Counted from the stretch's first letter, positions 42,482 to 51,739 are shown. The stretch is DNA of 64,000 nucleotides from an uncultured Sphingomonas sp. (GCA_913774925.1 CAJYKB010000049.1:7496-71495), one strand, 5' to 3'. The notes: generated by a model not told the origin, from the sequence alone. A program made the numbers and translations.

Positions 42482-43222
42482 TTATCGGTCGTTGCGGCTG
42501 ATCGCGACGCGGCGGTTCGCCGGTTCGCGGACGCCGTCCGCGGTCGGCACCGCGAGGTCGCGCTCGCCCACGGCACGAACGGTCACCGCGGCGCGCGGCA
42601 TCCCCTCCGCCACCAGCGCGGCGGCGACCGCTTCGGCACGTCGCTGCGACAGACGCTGGTTGAACCCGGCGCTGCCCGAGCGGTCGGCATGCCCGACCAC
42701 CATCACCGCGCGCACGCCGCACGCCGCGGCGGAGGATGCGATCGATTCGATGATCGCACTGCTGTCGGGCAAGGGCGTCGCGACCGCCCAGTCGAAGTGA
42801 ACTTCCGCCGGCAGTGCCACGGGGCAGGCCGCCGTCGCGACGGGTGGCGGCGGGGGCGGCAGCGGCTGCGCCATCGCGGGGGGCGGGGGAGGCGGCGGCA
42901 GGGCATCGGCCACCGGCGACGCGACCGCGGCGTTGCTCATCAGTCCCGACAGGTCGCGGCAACGCGCGATCGTCTCGTCGTCGATCGTGCGCGTCTTGAG
43001 ATAGCCGATCGCGATGCCGCACGCGACCTTCGCCTCCGACGCCCAGATGTAGCGGCTGTCATCGGCGGCGACCACGTCGCGGCGCAGCGTCATCGCCAGT
43101 GCGGCGTCGTAATTGCGCGTCATTTCCGCGCGCAACTCCCCGACCGACGCGCCCTGCGCGAGCGCCGGTGTCGCGGTCGCCGCCGCCAGCGCCGCAATGG
43201 CGACGCCCCAACCCCTTTTCAT
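42482..43222 (-). CDS. Secreted OmpA-C (peptidoglycan-binding) protein with unrecognised N-terminal domain
   Basis: Signal peptide; Pro linker; VHFDW, GHADRSG, NQRLSQRRA, NRRV. Confidence 0.88.
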   Translation of the reverse strand: MKRGWGVAIAALAAATATPALAQGASVGELRAEMTRNYDAALAMTLRRDVVAADDSRYIWASEAKVACGIAIGYLKTRTIDDETIARCRDLSGLMSNAAVASPVADALPPPPPPPAMAQPLPPPPPPVATAACPVALPAEVHFDWAVATPLPDSSAIIESIASSAAACGVRAVMVVGHADRSGSAGFNQRLSQRRAEAVAAALVAEGMPRAAVTVRAVGERDLAVPTADGVREPANRRVAISRNDR

Positions 43223-43306
43223 GCCCTTACTCCCCGTTGCCGCGACCCGCGCCCCGCTATGCTGCGGTTTGGCGCGCGGATCGCCGCGCTGTATTCGAAC
43301 GTCCCA

Positions 43307-46300
43307 TCAGGCTGAGTGAGCGACCACCATCACCCCGTCGTGCGCCGTCACGGCGGCGGCAGCCTGCGCATGGGCGGCCGCCATCGCATTCCAGGCCGCC
43401 GACATCGCCTCCGTGACGCCGGTATCGTTGGCGGCGACATAAGCCGGAGCGGATGCGGCGTGGACGTTATGGTCTGAGACCCCCTGATCCTGGGGTAACG
43501 CGGACAGCAGGGTATCGATCCCTGTCGCATGCGCGGGGGCGCCACCGTGCAGGACATCCGCCAGCACCTGCGCTGCTTGTGCCGGGTTCGCCGTGGCGGA
43601 CGCCTCCGCGACCTGGGGGGCGGGGGCCAGCGCAGCGGGGATCGCGATCCCCACCGCCAGCACCGCGACCGGTGCGGCGGCGACGGGGGTCGTGTCGGCA
43701 TGCGCGGCGGTGTCGTGCGCGGGCTCCGGCGGAGCGGCGGCGAGGCTGCCGGCGACACCGGCGTGATCGGTCGCGGTCACCGGCTCGGCCGTGGCCGTCG
43801 TATGCGTTGCGGCGGTCGACGCCGGTTGCGTGGTGGCCGAGTCCGCGGCGGCGACCTGATGCACCGGTTCGATCGTCGCGGTCGCATGAGTCGCGGCGGC
43901 GGGCTGGATAGTCGCGTCAGTGCTGGCGTGCGTGTCCCCGGTGGTCGGGGCCAGCGAGCGGGCATAGGCCGGCTCGCTCGCCACCACGGCGGCGGTCAGC
44001 AACGCGGCGGTCAGCGTCGTCGTGCCGGTCGTCGTCTCGGTCGCGCGCGACAGGTGCAGCGCAGCGCTGTCCTCCACCGCCATCACCGGCCAGGCGGAGG
44101 CGGAGAAGCGCGCGGCGGCGCTCGCCGGCTGGATCGTGATCGTCAGCTGGGTCGAGGCGCGGTCGCCGTCGCCGTCGGTCACGGTGTAAGTGAAGCGGTC
44201 GATCAGCGTGTTCGACCCCGACAGCCGCTGCACCGCCGCCAGGTCGTTGTTCAGGACGTAGGTATAGGAGCCGTCCGCCGCCAGCGTCAGCGTGCCGTAG
44301 GTGCCGGTCAGCGGGGTGCCGACGCCGCCGGTGCCGGCCTGATAGCCCAGCCCCACCCCGGTCACCTGCCCGCCGTCCGCGCCCAGCCGGTCGGCGACGC
44401 CGTCGGTGGTGTTCGCATCGGTGCCGCCCACGCCCGTCAGGACGTTGCCGTCCGCGAACGAGCGCGACTGGGGAGTGCTGCCGGTCGTCTGGAACTCCAC
44501 CCCGCGCAGCACGAATTCGGAGAAGGGCGTGTTCAGGTTGGCGGGCGTCGCGCCGTTCTGCGGCGGGGCCGGCGGCGACAGGTCGGGGGTCAGCGTGACC
44601 GAGCGGATCGCCTGGCCGCCGAAATCGGCGGAGGTGAGCGTGACCTGCGCCAGTCCCGGTTCGGTCGTCGCGGTCGCGGTGACGACCCGGGTCGCGGTCG
44701 ACCCATCCGCCAGCGTCACCGTCACGTCGACCTTCTCGGCATCGGGCGCGCGGTTGAACTGCTGCTCCAGATAGAGCTGGCCGAGCGAGATGCGCACCGT
44801 CGACTGCGCCTGCGCGAACGACAGCACCAGCCCTTCCGGACGGTCGTTGAAGGCGTCGACCTCGTTGGTCCAGGCCTGGCCCGGCTGGCCGTCGCTGGGG
44901 GAGAAGACGCTGGCGCCGCGGAAATAGCCGAGCGCGCCGTTGATCGACGACAGCGTGACGCCGCCGCCGCCGAACCCGGCCTGCGTGCTGCCCGCGGGGA
45001 CGCCGTTCCACAGGCTGGCGTCGGTGAAGTCGACCACGGTCGTCGCGGTCTGCTGCGACGCGGGGGTGCCCACGGTAACGCGATCGACATCGGCGGACAG
45101 GACCGGCGCGTCGTCGACGATCGTCGCGACCAGCGACCCCTGCGTGCTCGATCCGTTGCGGTCGGTGGCGACGACGTTGAACGTCTCCGTCACGCGGTCG
45201 CCCGCGGTGCCGCTGGAGTCGACCGCGCCGTTCAGCGTGTATTGATAGGTCACGCGCCCCGTCGCGGCGTCGAACCCGGTGACCGCCAGCGTATTGCCCA
45301 GCGGGGTCGTGATGGTGGCGGCGGTAAAGACGCCACCGGTCATCACGCTCTGCCCGGCGATGCTGAGATTGCCGTAGCCGTCCGGCGCCACGATCGTGAA
45401 ATCGCCCTGCGGCGAGAGCGCGGCGGCGTTGGGCGCGGTGCCGTTCGCCAGGTTCGCCTCCGCCACGATGACGTCGCCGCCGGTGATCGCGGGCGTCAGC
45501 CCGGTCAGCGCGATCGGATCGTCGGTGCCGTCGATCGTGATCGTCAGTGTCGTGGTGGCGGTACTGCCGTCGCCGTCGGTCAGCGTGTAGGTGAAGGTGT
45601 CGGTGCGCGTCTCGCCCGGGACCAGCGCGCGCAGTTCCGCGTTGGTGGCCGAGGGTACGTAGCGATAGCTGCCGTCCGCCGACAGCGTCAGCGTGCCGTA
45701 GGTGCCCGTCACGGCAGTGCCCAGGTTGCCGCTGGCGCTGGTGGCGACCCCGGCGACCACACCGGTGACGGTGGCACCGTCCGCACCCTGCGTATCGGCG
45801 ACGCCATCGGTGGTGTTCGCGTCGGTGCCGCCGACCCCGGTCAGGACGTTGCCGTCCGCGAAGGGCGCGGTCGGCGGCGTGGAGGAGGCGACGTCGTAGC
45901 TGATGCCGCGCAGCACGAAGTCGGAATAGGGATGCGTGGCATTCGCATCCGGGGTGACCCCGGCGGGCACGGTGGGAAGCGTCAGGTCGGGGGTCAGCAC
46001 GACCGAGGCGATCGCGCGCCCGCCGAAGTCGGACGCGTCGAGCGTGACGTTCAGTATGCCCGGCTCCGACGTCGCGATGGCGGCCACCGCGCGCGTCTGC
46101 GTCGTGCCGTCCGCCAGCGTGACCAGAACCGTCACCCGCTCCGCCTCGGGCGTCTGGCTGTAGAGCCGCTCCTGGTACATCTGCCCCAGCGCCAGCCGCA
46201 CGCTGGACTGCGCGGAGGCGAAGGTGATGCGCAGCCCCTCGGGCTGGTCGTTATAAGCGTCGACCTCGCTGGTCCACGCCTGTCCCGCACGCCCGTCGCT

Positions 46301-47422
46301 GGACGAGAAGACGCTGGCGCCCTTGAAGAAGCCGAGCGCGCCGTTGATCGACGACAGCGTCGCGCCATCGAGCGCGACCGAGGTGCTGCCCGCGGGCACG
46401 CCGGACCAGAAGGCGGCATTGGTGAAATCGACCCCGATCGTCGCGGAGGACGATGCCGGTCCGGTAGGCGCCCCGACGCTGTCGACGTCCGCGCGCGCGA
46501 TCGGCGCATCGTCGATGATCGTCACCGTCAGCGTGCCGGTCGCACGGTCGCCGTCGCGATCGGTGACGGTCAGGTTCAGCACCTCGCGCACGTTCTGGCC
46601 CGATGTATTGTCGCTGAGCGTGTAGCTGTAGTCGAAGCCGTCGGTTCGCACCGCGGTGATCGTCACCACGCCGAACTGGGTGGCGATCGTCTGACCCGCC
46701 GCGGTGATCGCGGTGCCGTCCACCGCGACGACCGCGGGGGCGTCGCCGGGATCGTATTGCACAGACCCGGTCGTCGTTTCCAGGTTGGACGTGGGGTTCG
46801 TCCCCGCCGGCTCGCTGCCGCGCGCGGGCAGCCCCGCCTCGGAGACGGTCGCCACCGCATCGATCGCGCCGCCCGGCGTCTGCGGCGTGGTGATCGTGAT
46901 ATCGGGGAACAAGTTCTCCGCGCCGGTGCGCGGACGGACGTCCAGATCCTCGAAGGTGGGGACGGTGAAGGCGAGCGCGGTCGGCGGCAGCAGGTCGCCG
47001 ATCGCGAAGGCGTCGCCGAGCGTCCCCACGGGCACCGCGAAATTGCCGCCCGAGCTTGACGGCGGCCCGGCGGCGGTCTGCGGCTCGTGCCCGATCAGCA
47101 GCGCGACCAGCGTGGTGGGGGGCACCTCGACCGTGCCGACGACCAGTTCGGGGACGAACACCGCGCCGTCGACGATGACCAGCTTCGTCCCGTCGGGCAG
47201 CGCGACGACGAGGTCGCGTCCGTCCGCGACGATCGTGCCCAGGTCTGTTCCGGCGGGAAGCTGCACGACCCCGTCGACCGGCACCGCGATCCGCATGATG
47301 CCGCCGCCCTGGCCCTGCATCACCTGCACATCGCTCGCGCCTTGCGGCGCCGGCGCACCGCCGCGGCCCAAGTCGTTCTGAACCAGCGGCGCCGACGACT
47401 CGGCAACTCGAACGCTGACCAT
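43307..47422 (-). CDS. Large T1SS adhesin (BapA/LapA-like; Ig-like/VCBS-type repeats), 1371 aa
   Basis: No Sec signal; N-terminal DGRDLVVALPDG module; TAAG at aa 116-119; repeats with TDxDGD, IDDAP, GTYGTLTL..DGSY, FTYT; upstream of the T1SS genes. Confidence 0.88.
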   Translation of the reverse strand: MVSVRVAESSAPLVQNDLGRGGAPAPQGASDVQVMQGQGGGIMRIAVPVDGVVQLPAGTDLGTIVADGRDLVVALPDGTKLVIVDGAVFVPELVVGTVEVPPTTLVALLIGHEPQTAAGPPSSSGGNFAVPVGTLGDAFAIGDLLPPTALAFTVPTFEDLDVRPRTGAENLFPDITITTPQTPGGAIDAVATVSEAGLPARGSEPAGTNPTSNLETTTGSVQYDPGDAPAVVAVDGTAITAAGQTIATQFGVVTITAVRTDGFDYSYTLSDNTSGQNVREVLNLTVTDRDGDRATGTLTVTIIDDAPIARADVDSVGAPTGPASSSATIGVDFTNAAFWSGVPAGSTSVALDGATLSSINGALGFFKGASVFSSSDGRAGQAWTSEVDAYNDQPEGLRITFASAQSSVRLALGQMYQERLYSQTPEAERVTVLVTLADGTTQTRAVAAIATSEPGILNVTLDASDFGGRAIASVVLTPDLTLPTVPAGVTPDANATHPYSDFVLRGISYDVASSTPPTAPFADGNVLTGVGGTDANTTDGVADTQGADGATVTGVVAGVATSASGNLGTAVTGTYGTLTLSADGSYRYVPSATNAELRALVPGETRTDTFTYTLTDGDGSTATTTLTITIDGTDDPIALTGLTPAITGGDVIVAEANLANGTAPNAAALSPQGDFTIVAPDGYGNLSIAGQSVMTGGVFTAATITTPLGNTLAVTGFDAATGRVTYQYTLNGAVDSSGTAGDRVTETFNVVATDRNGSSTQGSLVATIVDDAPVLSADVDRVTVGTPASQQTATTVVDFTDASLWNGVPAGSTQAGFGGGGVTLSSINGALGYFRGASVFSPSDGQPGQAWTNEVDAFNDRPEGLVLSFAQAQSTVRISLGQLYLEQQFNRAPDAEKVDVTVTLADGSTATRVVTATATTEPGLAQVTLTSADFGGQAIRSVTLTPDLSPPAPPQNGATPANLNTPFSEFVLRGVEFQTTGSTPQSRSFADGNVLTGVGGTDANTTDGVADRLGADGGQVTGVGLGYQAGTGGVGTPLTGTYGTLTLAADGSYTYVLNNDLAAVQRLSGSNTLIDRFTYTVTDGDGDRASTQLTITIQPASAAARFSASAWPVMAVEDSAALHLSRATETTTGTTTLTAALLTAAVVASEPAYARSLAPTTGDTHASTDATIQPAAATHATATIEPVHQVAAADSATTQPASTAATHTTATAEPVTATDHAGVAGSLAAAPPEPAHDTAAHADTTPVAAAPVAVLAVGIAIPAALAPAPQVAEASATANPAQAAQVLADVLHGGAPAHATGIDTLLSALPQDQGVSDHNVHAASAPAYVAANDTGVTEAMSAAWNAMAAAHAQAAAAVTAHDGVMVVAHSA

Positions 47423-47532
47423 GGATGACGCTCCCGTACTCTCGCTCGCATTAAAGCGCGCGAGAGGCCGAAAAGGTCAACGCGGTTACCGGCTAATTTA
47501 CGACTTTGCGGGTATTAACCACGAATATGCGG

Positions 47533-48381
47533 TCATAATGACACACCTGCGTCGGAGTTCCCCGCGCGCGCCATCCGCGCGCCGGGATGTTCGCCGGCAT
47601 AGCCGTGGATCCACGCGCGATCCGCGGAAAAGGACAGGATCGGCCGGTAATCGGCGCGACGGGTCGCGTCCTGGATGCGGTTGCTGTTGCTGTCGAGCAT
47701 CAGCATCGTACCCTGGTGGCGCACGACGAGCACGGCATGCCCCTGCCGCCGGACGAGATCCTGTGCGACGACGAAGAAGAGGCTGGTCGCCGGATGACCC
47801 AGCGCACGCAGCAGCTGCATCTTGGCGATCGCATAATCCTCGCAATCGCCGCGGCCGGTGCGCAGCGTCTGCGCGGCATTGGCCCAGGTGTCGTGGCCCT
47901 CGCGATCCGACTGGAAGGTGACGTGCGCGTTGACCCAGCCGTTGACCGCATCGACCTGCGCACGCCGGTCGAGATGGCGGATCGATGCGACGAAGCGGCG
48001 CGCGGTCGCATCCAGTGCCTGTGCCGCACCCGTCGCCACCCGCTGCCACCGCGCGTCGAGCGGAGTGCGGCCGACACGCAGCGAGGTGGAGCCGAACACG
48101 TCGGGGGCGTCGCGGTTAACGATCGCGAAAGGAACCGATGCTAGGCCGTAACGATCGGAAGCGATGGTGCGGGGCGCCGCCGTCACGGCCGCGCTGCGGA
48201 CGGGGGCGGGGGCGCCACCCTGCCGCGACACGATCGCCTCCAGCGCGGACATCGCGCGTCCGGCTCCCTCGATCGGAAGATCGTCGGCGCGGGCCTCGCC
48301 CGCCACGGACAGTGCCGCCGCCGTCATCAGGACGGCGACTCGCGAAAGGGACAGGCGGCTCGCGTTCTTCATATCCGGCAA
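47533..48381 (-). CDS. Transglutaminase-like cysteine protease (BTLCP, LapG-like, peptidase C93)
   Basis: Signal peptide; VNGWVN, DTW, GDCEDYAIAK (Cys), HAVLVV (His), LDS (Asp), YRPILSF. The start may be ATG 48372. Confidence 0.92.
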   Translation of the reverse strand: MPDMKNASRLSLSRVAVLMTAAALSVAGEARADDLPIEGAGRAMSALEAIVSRQGGAPAPVRSAAVTAAPRTIASDRYGLASVPFAIVNRDAPDVFGSTSLRVGRTPLDARWQRVATGAAQALDATARRFVASIRHLDRRAQVDAVNGWVNAHVTFQSDREGHDTWANAAQTLRTGRGDCEDYAIAKMQLLRALGHPATSLFFVVAQDLVRRQGHAVLVVRHQGTMLMLDSNSNRIQDATRRADYRPILSFSADRAWIHGYAGEHPGARMARAGNSDAGVSL

Positions 48382-48483
48382 GATGCCGGGGACAGCGGAA
48401 GAACTTACGAACGGATGCGGTTAACCCGCTGTCCACCATAAGCTATTTGCGGGGTCGCTGTGGCGGGTTCGGGCCGCCCATCC

Positions 48484-48578
48484 CGTCATCCCGGACTCAT
48501 TCCGGAATCCACCGGGCCGCTGACGGGCGGCCTCTGCGATGGGTGCACGGTGGATGCCGGAACAGGTCCGGCATGACG
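48484..48578. repeat. CGTC-tagged REP doublet, family B copy 2
   Basis: CGTCATCCCGGACTCATTCCGGAATCCACC...GGTGGATGCCGGAACAGGTCCGGCATGACG. Confidence 0.88.
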
Positions 48579-48662
48579 GAACGGGAGGCGCTCGGTCGAC
48601 CTGTGACCCGTCCAGCCCGGATGACGTTCGCGCTGGGAGACGGCGGCGATGTCGATGTGGCC

Positions 48663-50057
48663 CTAGAAATGCAGCGCCTTGCCGTACGCGCCCAGCACGC
48701 TTTCGTGCATCATCTCGCTCAGCGTCGGGTGCGCGAAGACGGTTTCCATCAGCTCGGCTTCCGTCGTCTCCAGCTGGCGTGCGACGACATAGCCCTGGAT
48801 CAGTTCGGTCACTTCCGCGCCGACCATGTGCGCCCCCAGCAACTCGCCGGTCTTCGCATCGAACACCGTCTTGATGAAGCCGTCCGCCTCGCCCAGCGCA
48901 ATCGCCTTGCCGTTGCCGATGAAGGGGAACTTGCCGACCTTGACGGTGCGGCCCTGCTCCTTCGCCTTCGCCTCGGTCAGCCCGACCGACGCGACCTGCG
49001 GGCGGGAATAGGTGCAGCCCGGGATGTTCCACGTCTCGAACGCGTGCGGATTCTCGCCCGCGATCTTCTCGACGCACACCACGCCCTCGTGGCTTGCCTT
49101 GTGCGCCAGCCAGGGCGCGCCGGTGACGTCGCCGATCGCGTAGATGCCCTCCACGTTGGTCCGCCCGAAACCATCGACCTTGATATGGCCGCGCTCGGTC
49201 GCGACGCCCAGCTTCTCCAGCCCGATCTCTTCGGTATTGGGGACGATGCCGATCGCGACGATGACGTGGCTGTATTCTTCGGTGACGGACTTGCCGTCCT
49301 TCCCCTTGATCGTCGCCTTCACGCCCTGCGCGCCGCTATCGATCTTCTCGACGCCCGCGCCGGTGACGATCCTGATCCCGTCCTTCGTCAGCCGCTTCTC
49401 CATGAAGGCGCTGACTTCCTCGTCCTCGACCGGCAGGATGCGCGGCAGCATCTCGACGATCGTCACCTCCGCGCCCATGTCGTTGTAGAAGCTGGCGAAC
49501 TCCACGCCGATCGCGCCCGAGCCGATGACCAGCAGCTTGGTCGGCATCACCTCCGGCACCATCGCGTGGCGATAGGTCCAGATGCGCTTCCCATCGGCCT
49601 TGGCAAAGGGCAGGTCGCGCGCGCGCGCGCCGGTCGCGATCAGGATGTGCTTCGCCTCCAGATCGACGGTGCCGTTGCCCTGCCTGACCGACAGCTTCCC
49701 CTTGCCGGTCAGCGCGCCGACGCCCTCGACCACGGTCACCTTGTTCTTCTTCATCAGCGACTTGACGCCGGCGTTCAGCTGCCCCGACACCTTGCGGCTG
49801 CGATCGACGATCTTGGAGAGGTCGAAGCCGATCTTCTCCGCCTTCAGCCCGTAGTCGGCGGCATGGGTCATGTAATGGTAGATTTCCGACGTGCGCAGCA
49901 GCGCCTTGGTCGGGATGCAGCCCCAGTTGAGGCAGATGCCGCCCAGCCGCTCGCGCTCCACGATCGCGACCTTCAGGCCCAGCTGGCTGGCGCGGATCGC
50001 GGCCACGTAACCGCCCGGGCCGGAGCCGAGCACGATGAGGTCGTAGGTGTCAGCCAT
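48663..50057 (-). CDS. lpdA: Dihydrolipoyl dehydrogenase
   Basis: GSGPGGY, GGICLNWGCIPTK, GSGAIG, HPTLSE. Confidence 0.97.
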   Translation of the reverse strand: MADTYDLIVLGSGPGGYVAAIRASQLGLKVAIVERERLGGICLNWGCIPTKALLRTSEIYHYMTHAADYGLKAEKIGFDLSKIVDRSRKVSGQLNAGVKSLMKKNKVTVVEGVGALTGKGKLSVRQGNGTVDLEAKHILIATGARARDLPFAKADGKRIWTYRHAMVPEVMPTKLLVIGSGAIGVEFASFYNDMGAEVTIVEMLPRILPVEDEEVSAFMEKRLTKDGIRIVTGAGVEKIDSGAQGVKATIKGKDGKSVTEEYSHVIVAIGIVPNTEEIGLEKLGVATERGHIKVDGFGRTNVEGIYAIGDVTGAPWLAHKASHEGVVCVEKIAGENPHAFETWNIPGCTYSRPQVASVGLTEAKAKEQGRTVKVGKFPFIGNGKAIALGEADGFIKTVFDAKTGELLGAHMVGAEVTELIQGYVVARQLETTEAELMETVFAHPTLSEMMHESVLGAYGKALHF

Positions 50058-50283
50058 GATGAATGTCCTTCGTGCCAGCGGGGGAGGCGGCGTGCACGCG
50101 CATCACCTCCCGCCCGCTCAGGATCGCGACCGCGGCCAGGGTCAGGCCGCCGATCGCCCAGATCGTCTCATACCCCTGCGGATAGCTCCACGCCGCGCCG
50201 TGGAAGGCGAGCGCGGTGAAGCCGAGGCCGAGCAGACCCCACGCCACTTCGCGCCACGCCTCCGGCAGCTGCATCTGCGCCAT
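50050..50283 (-). CDS. Small two-TM hypothetical protein
   Basis: 77 aa with two hydrophobic helices; co-oriented between pdhC and lpdA; its stop overlaps the lpdA start. Confidence 0.55.
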   Translation of the reverse strand: MAQMQLPEAWREVAWGLLGLGFTALAFHGAAWSYPQGYETIWAIGGLTLAAVAILSGREVMRVHAASPAGTKDIHHG

Positions 50284-50299
50284 CGCCGCGCCCCCGCCG

Positions 50300-51631
50300 T
50301 CAGGCGAGCATCGACAGCGGGTTCTCGACCAGCGTCTTGAACGCCTGCATCAGCTCCGCCCCGTCCGCACCGTCGATTGCGCGGTGGTCGAAGCTGCCGG
50401 TGGCGCTCATGATGCTGGCGACGCCCAGCTGGCCGTCCTCCATCACCCACGGGCGCTTCTCACCCGCGCCGATCGCCAGGATCATGCCCTGCGGCGGGTT
50501 GATGACCGCCTCGAACTGCTTGATCCCGTACATGCCCATGTTGCTGATGGACGCGGTGCCGCCCGAGAATTCCTCCGGCTTCAGCTTCTTGTCGCGGGCG
50601 CGCGCCGCCAGATCCTTCATTCGGGTCGAGATGCTCGACAGCGACGCGGTATCCGCCTCGGTGATGACCGGGGTGATGAGCCCCTCCGGCGTCGACACCG
50701 CGACCGAGATATCGGCACGCTGGAAGCTGACCAGCTGGTCGGGCGTGAACATCACGTTGCACTTGGGCACCTGGATCAGCGCGACCGCCAGCGCCTTGAT
50801 CATCAGGTCGTTGACCGACAGCTTGACCCCGCGCGCCTCCAGCCCGGCGTTCAGCTCGGTGCGCAGCTTCAGCAGCTTGTCGAGGCGCACGTCCACGGTG
50901 AGGTAGATGTGCGGCACCTGCTGCTTCGATTCGGTCAGGCGGCGCGCGATCGTCTTGCGCATGTTGCTGAGCTTGGTCAGCTCGTGCGGAATGTCCGGGA
51001 TCGCGGCGGGCTTCGTCGCGGCCGGCGCAGGAGCGGCGGCGGGGGCATCGCTCGTCCGGGCTGCAGACGCGGCGGTGCCGGGCTGCGCCTTCTCCAGGTC
51101 GGCCTTCACGATACGGCCGTTGGGGCCGGAGCCCTGCACGCCCGACAGATCGACGCCCCTGTCGGCGGCGATGCGGCGGGCGAGCGGACTCGCCTTGACG
51201 CGGTCACCCCCCTGCGGGGCGGGCTTCTCTTCCCCCGCGACCTGCGCGTCGGCGGGCTTGCCGTGATCCTCGACGTCTTCCTTCGCCGGAGCCTTCGCCT
51301 CGGTGCCGGTCTTGTTCGGATCCGCGGGCGAGGGCTTGGCCTCGCTCTCCCTGGCGGCAGGCTGCGGCGTGCTCTCGCCCGCTTCCTCGTCCTCGCCCTG
51401 GAGCAGTGCGATCACCTCGCCCACCTTCACGCCGTCGCTGCCTTCGGCCACGACGATCTTCGCGATGACGCCCTCGTCGACCGCCTCGAACTCCATCGTC
51501 GCCTTGTCGGTTTCGATCTCGGCCATGATGTCGCCGGACTTGACGGTGTCGCCTTCCTTGACGAGCCATTTGGCGAGCGTGCCTTCCTCCATCGTCGGCG
51601 ACAGGGCAGGCATCTTGATTTCGATGGGCAT
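50300..51631 (-). CDS. pdhC: Pyruvate dehydrogenase E2 dihydrolipoamide acetyltransferase
   Basis: [17 protein letters not shown] lipoyl site, ASPLARR, DHRAIDG. Confidence 0.96.
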   Translation of the reverse strand: MPIEIKMPALSPTMEEGTLAKWLVKEGDTVKSGDIMAEIETDKATMEFEAVDEGVIAKIVVAEGSDGVKVGEVIALLQGEDEEAGESTPQPAARESEAKPSPADPNKTGTEAKAPAKEDVEDHGKPADAQVAGEEKPAPQGGDRVKASPLARRIAADRGVDLSGVQGSGPNGRIVKADLEKAQPGTAASAARTSDAPAAAPAPAATKPAAIPDIPHELTKLSNMRKTIARRLTESKQQVPHIYLTVDVRLDKLLKLRTELNAGLEARGVKLSVNDLMIKALAVALIQVPKCNVMFTPDQLVSFQRADISVAVSTPEGLITPVITEADTASLSSISTRMKDLAARARDKKLKPEEFSGGTASISNMGMYGIKQFEAVINPPQGMILAIGAGEKRPWVMEDGQLGVASIMSATGSFDHRAIDGADGAELMQAFKTLVENPLSMLA

Positions 51632-51739
51632 CGTGATCCTCGAAAGGCTCCTGGGGAAGTCGCGTCTCTTGCGGACGGACGCCGTAGGGTCAAGTGCGCG
51701 CGCCTTGGCGATGGCGTGCCAGAGGCGTACACAGGCGCG

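Noticed and set aside
46694-46705. Second TAAG (aa 240-243) in the adhesin
   Set aside because: It lies inside the first Ig-like repeat, which would be folded and extracellular, so it is unlikely to be reached by a periplasmic protease.
43529-47059. 1176-aa plus-strand ORF and other long antisense ORFs (e.g. 23303-25885, 13046-15007)
   Set aside because: These are Arg/Gly-rich shadows of GC-biased genes on the opposite strand, with no recognisable motifs.
37548-48578. T1SS locus as a mobile island
   Set aside because: The flanks are different repeat families; there is no integrase, transposase, tRNA or direct repeat; and codon style resembles the neighbours.
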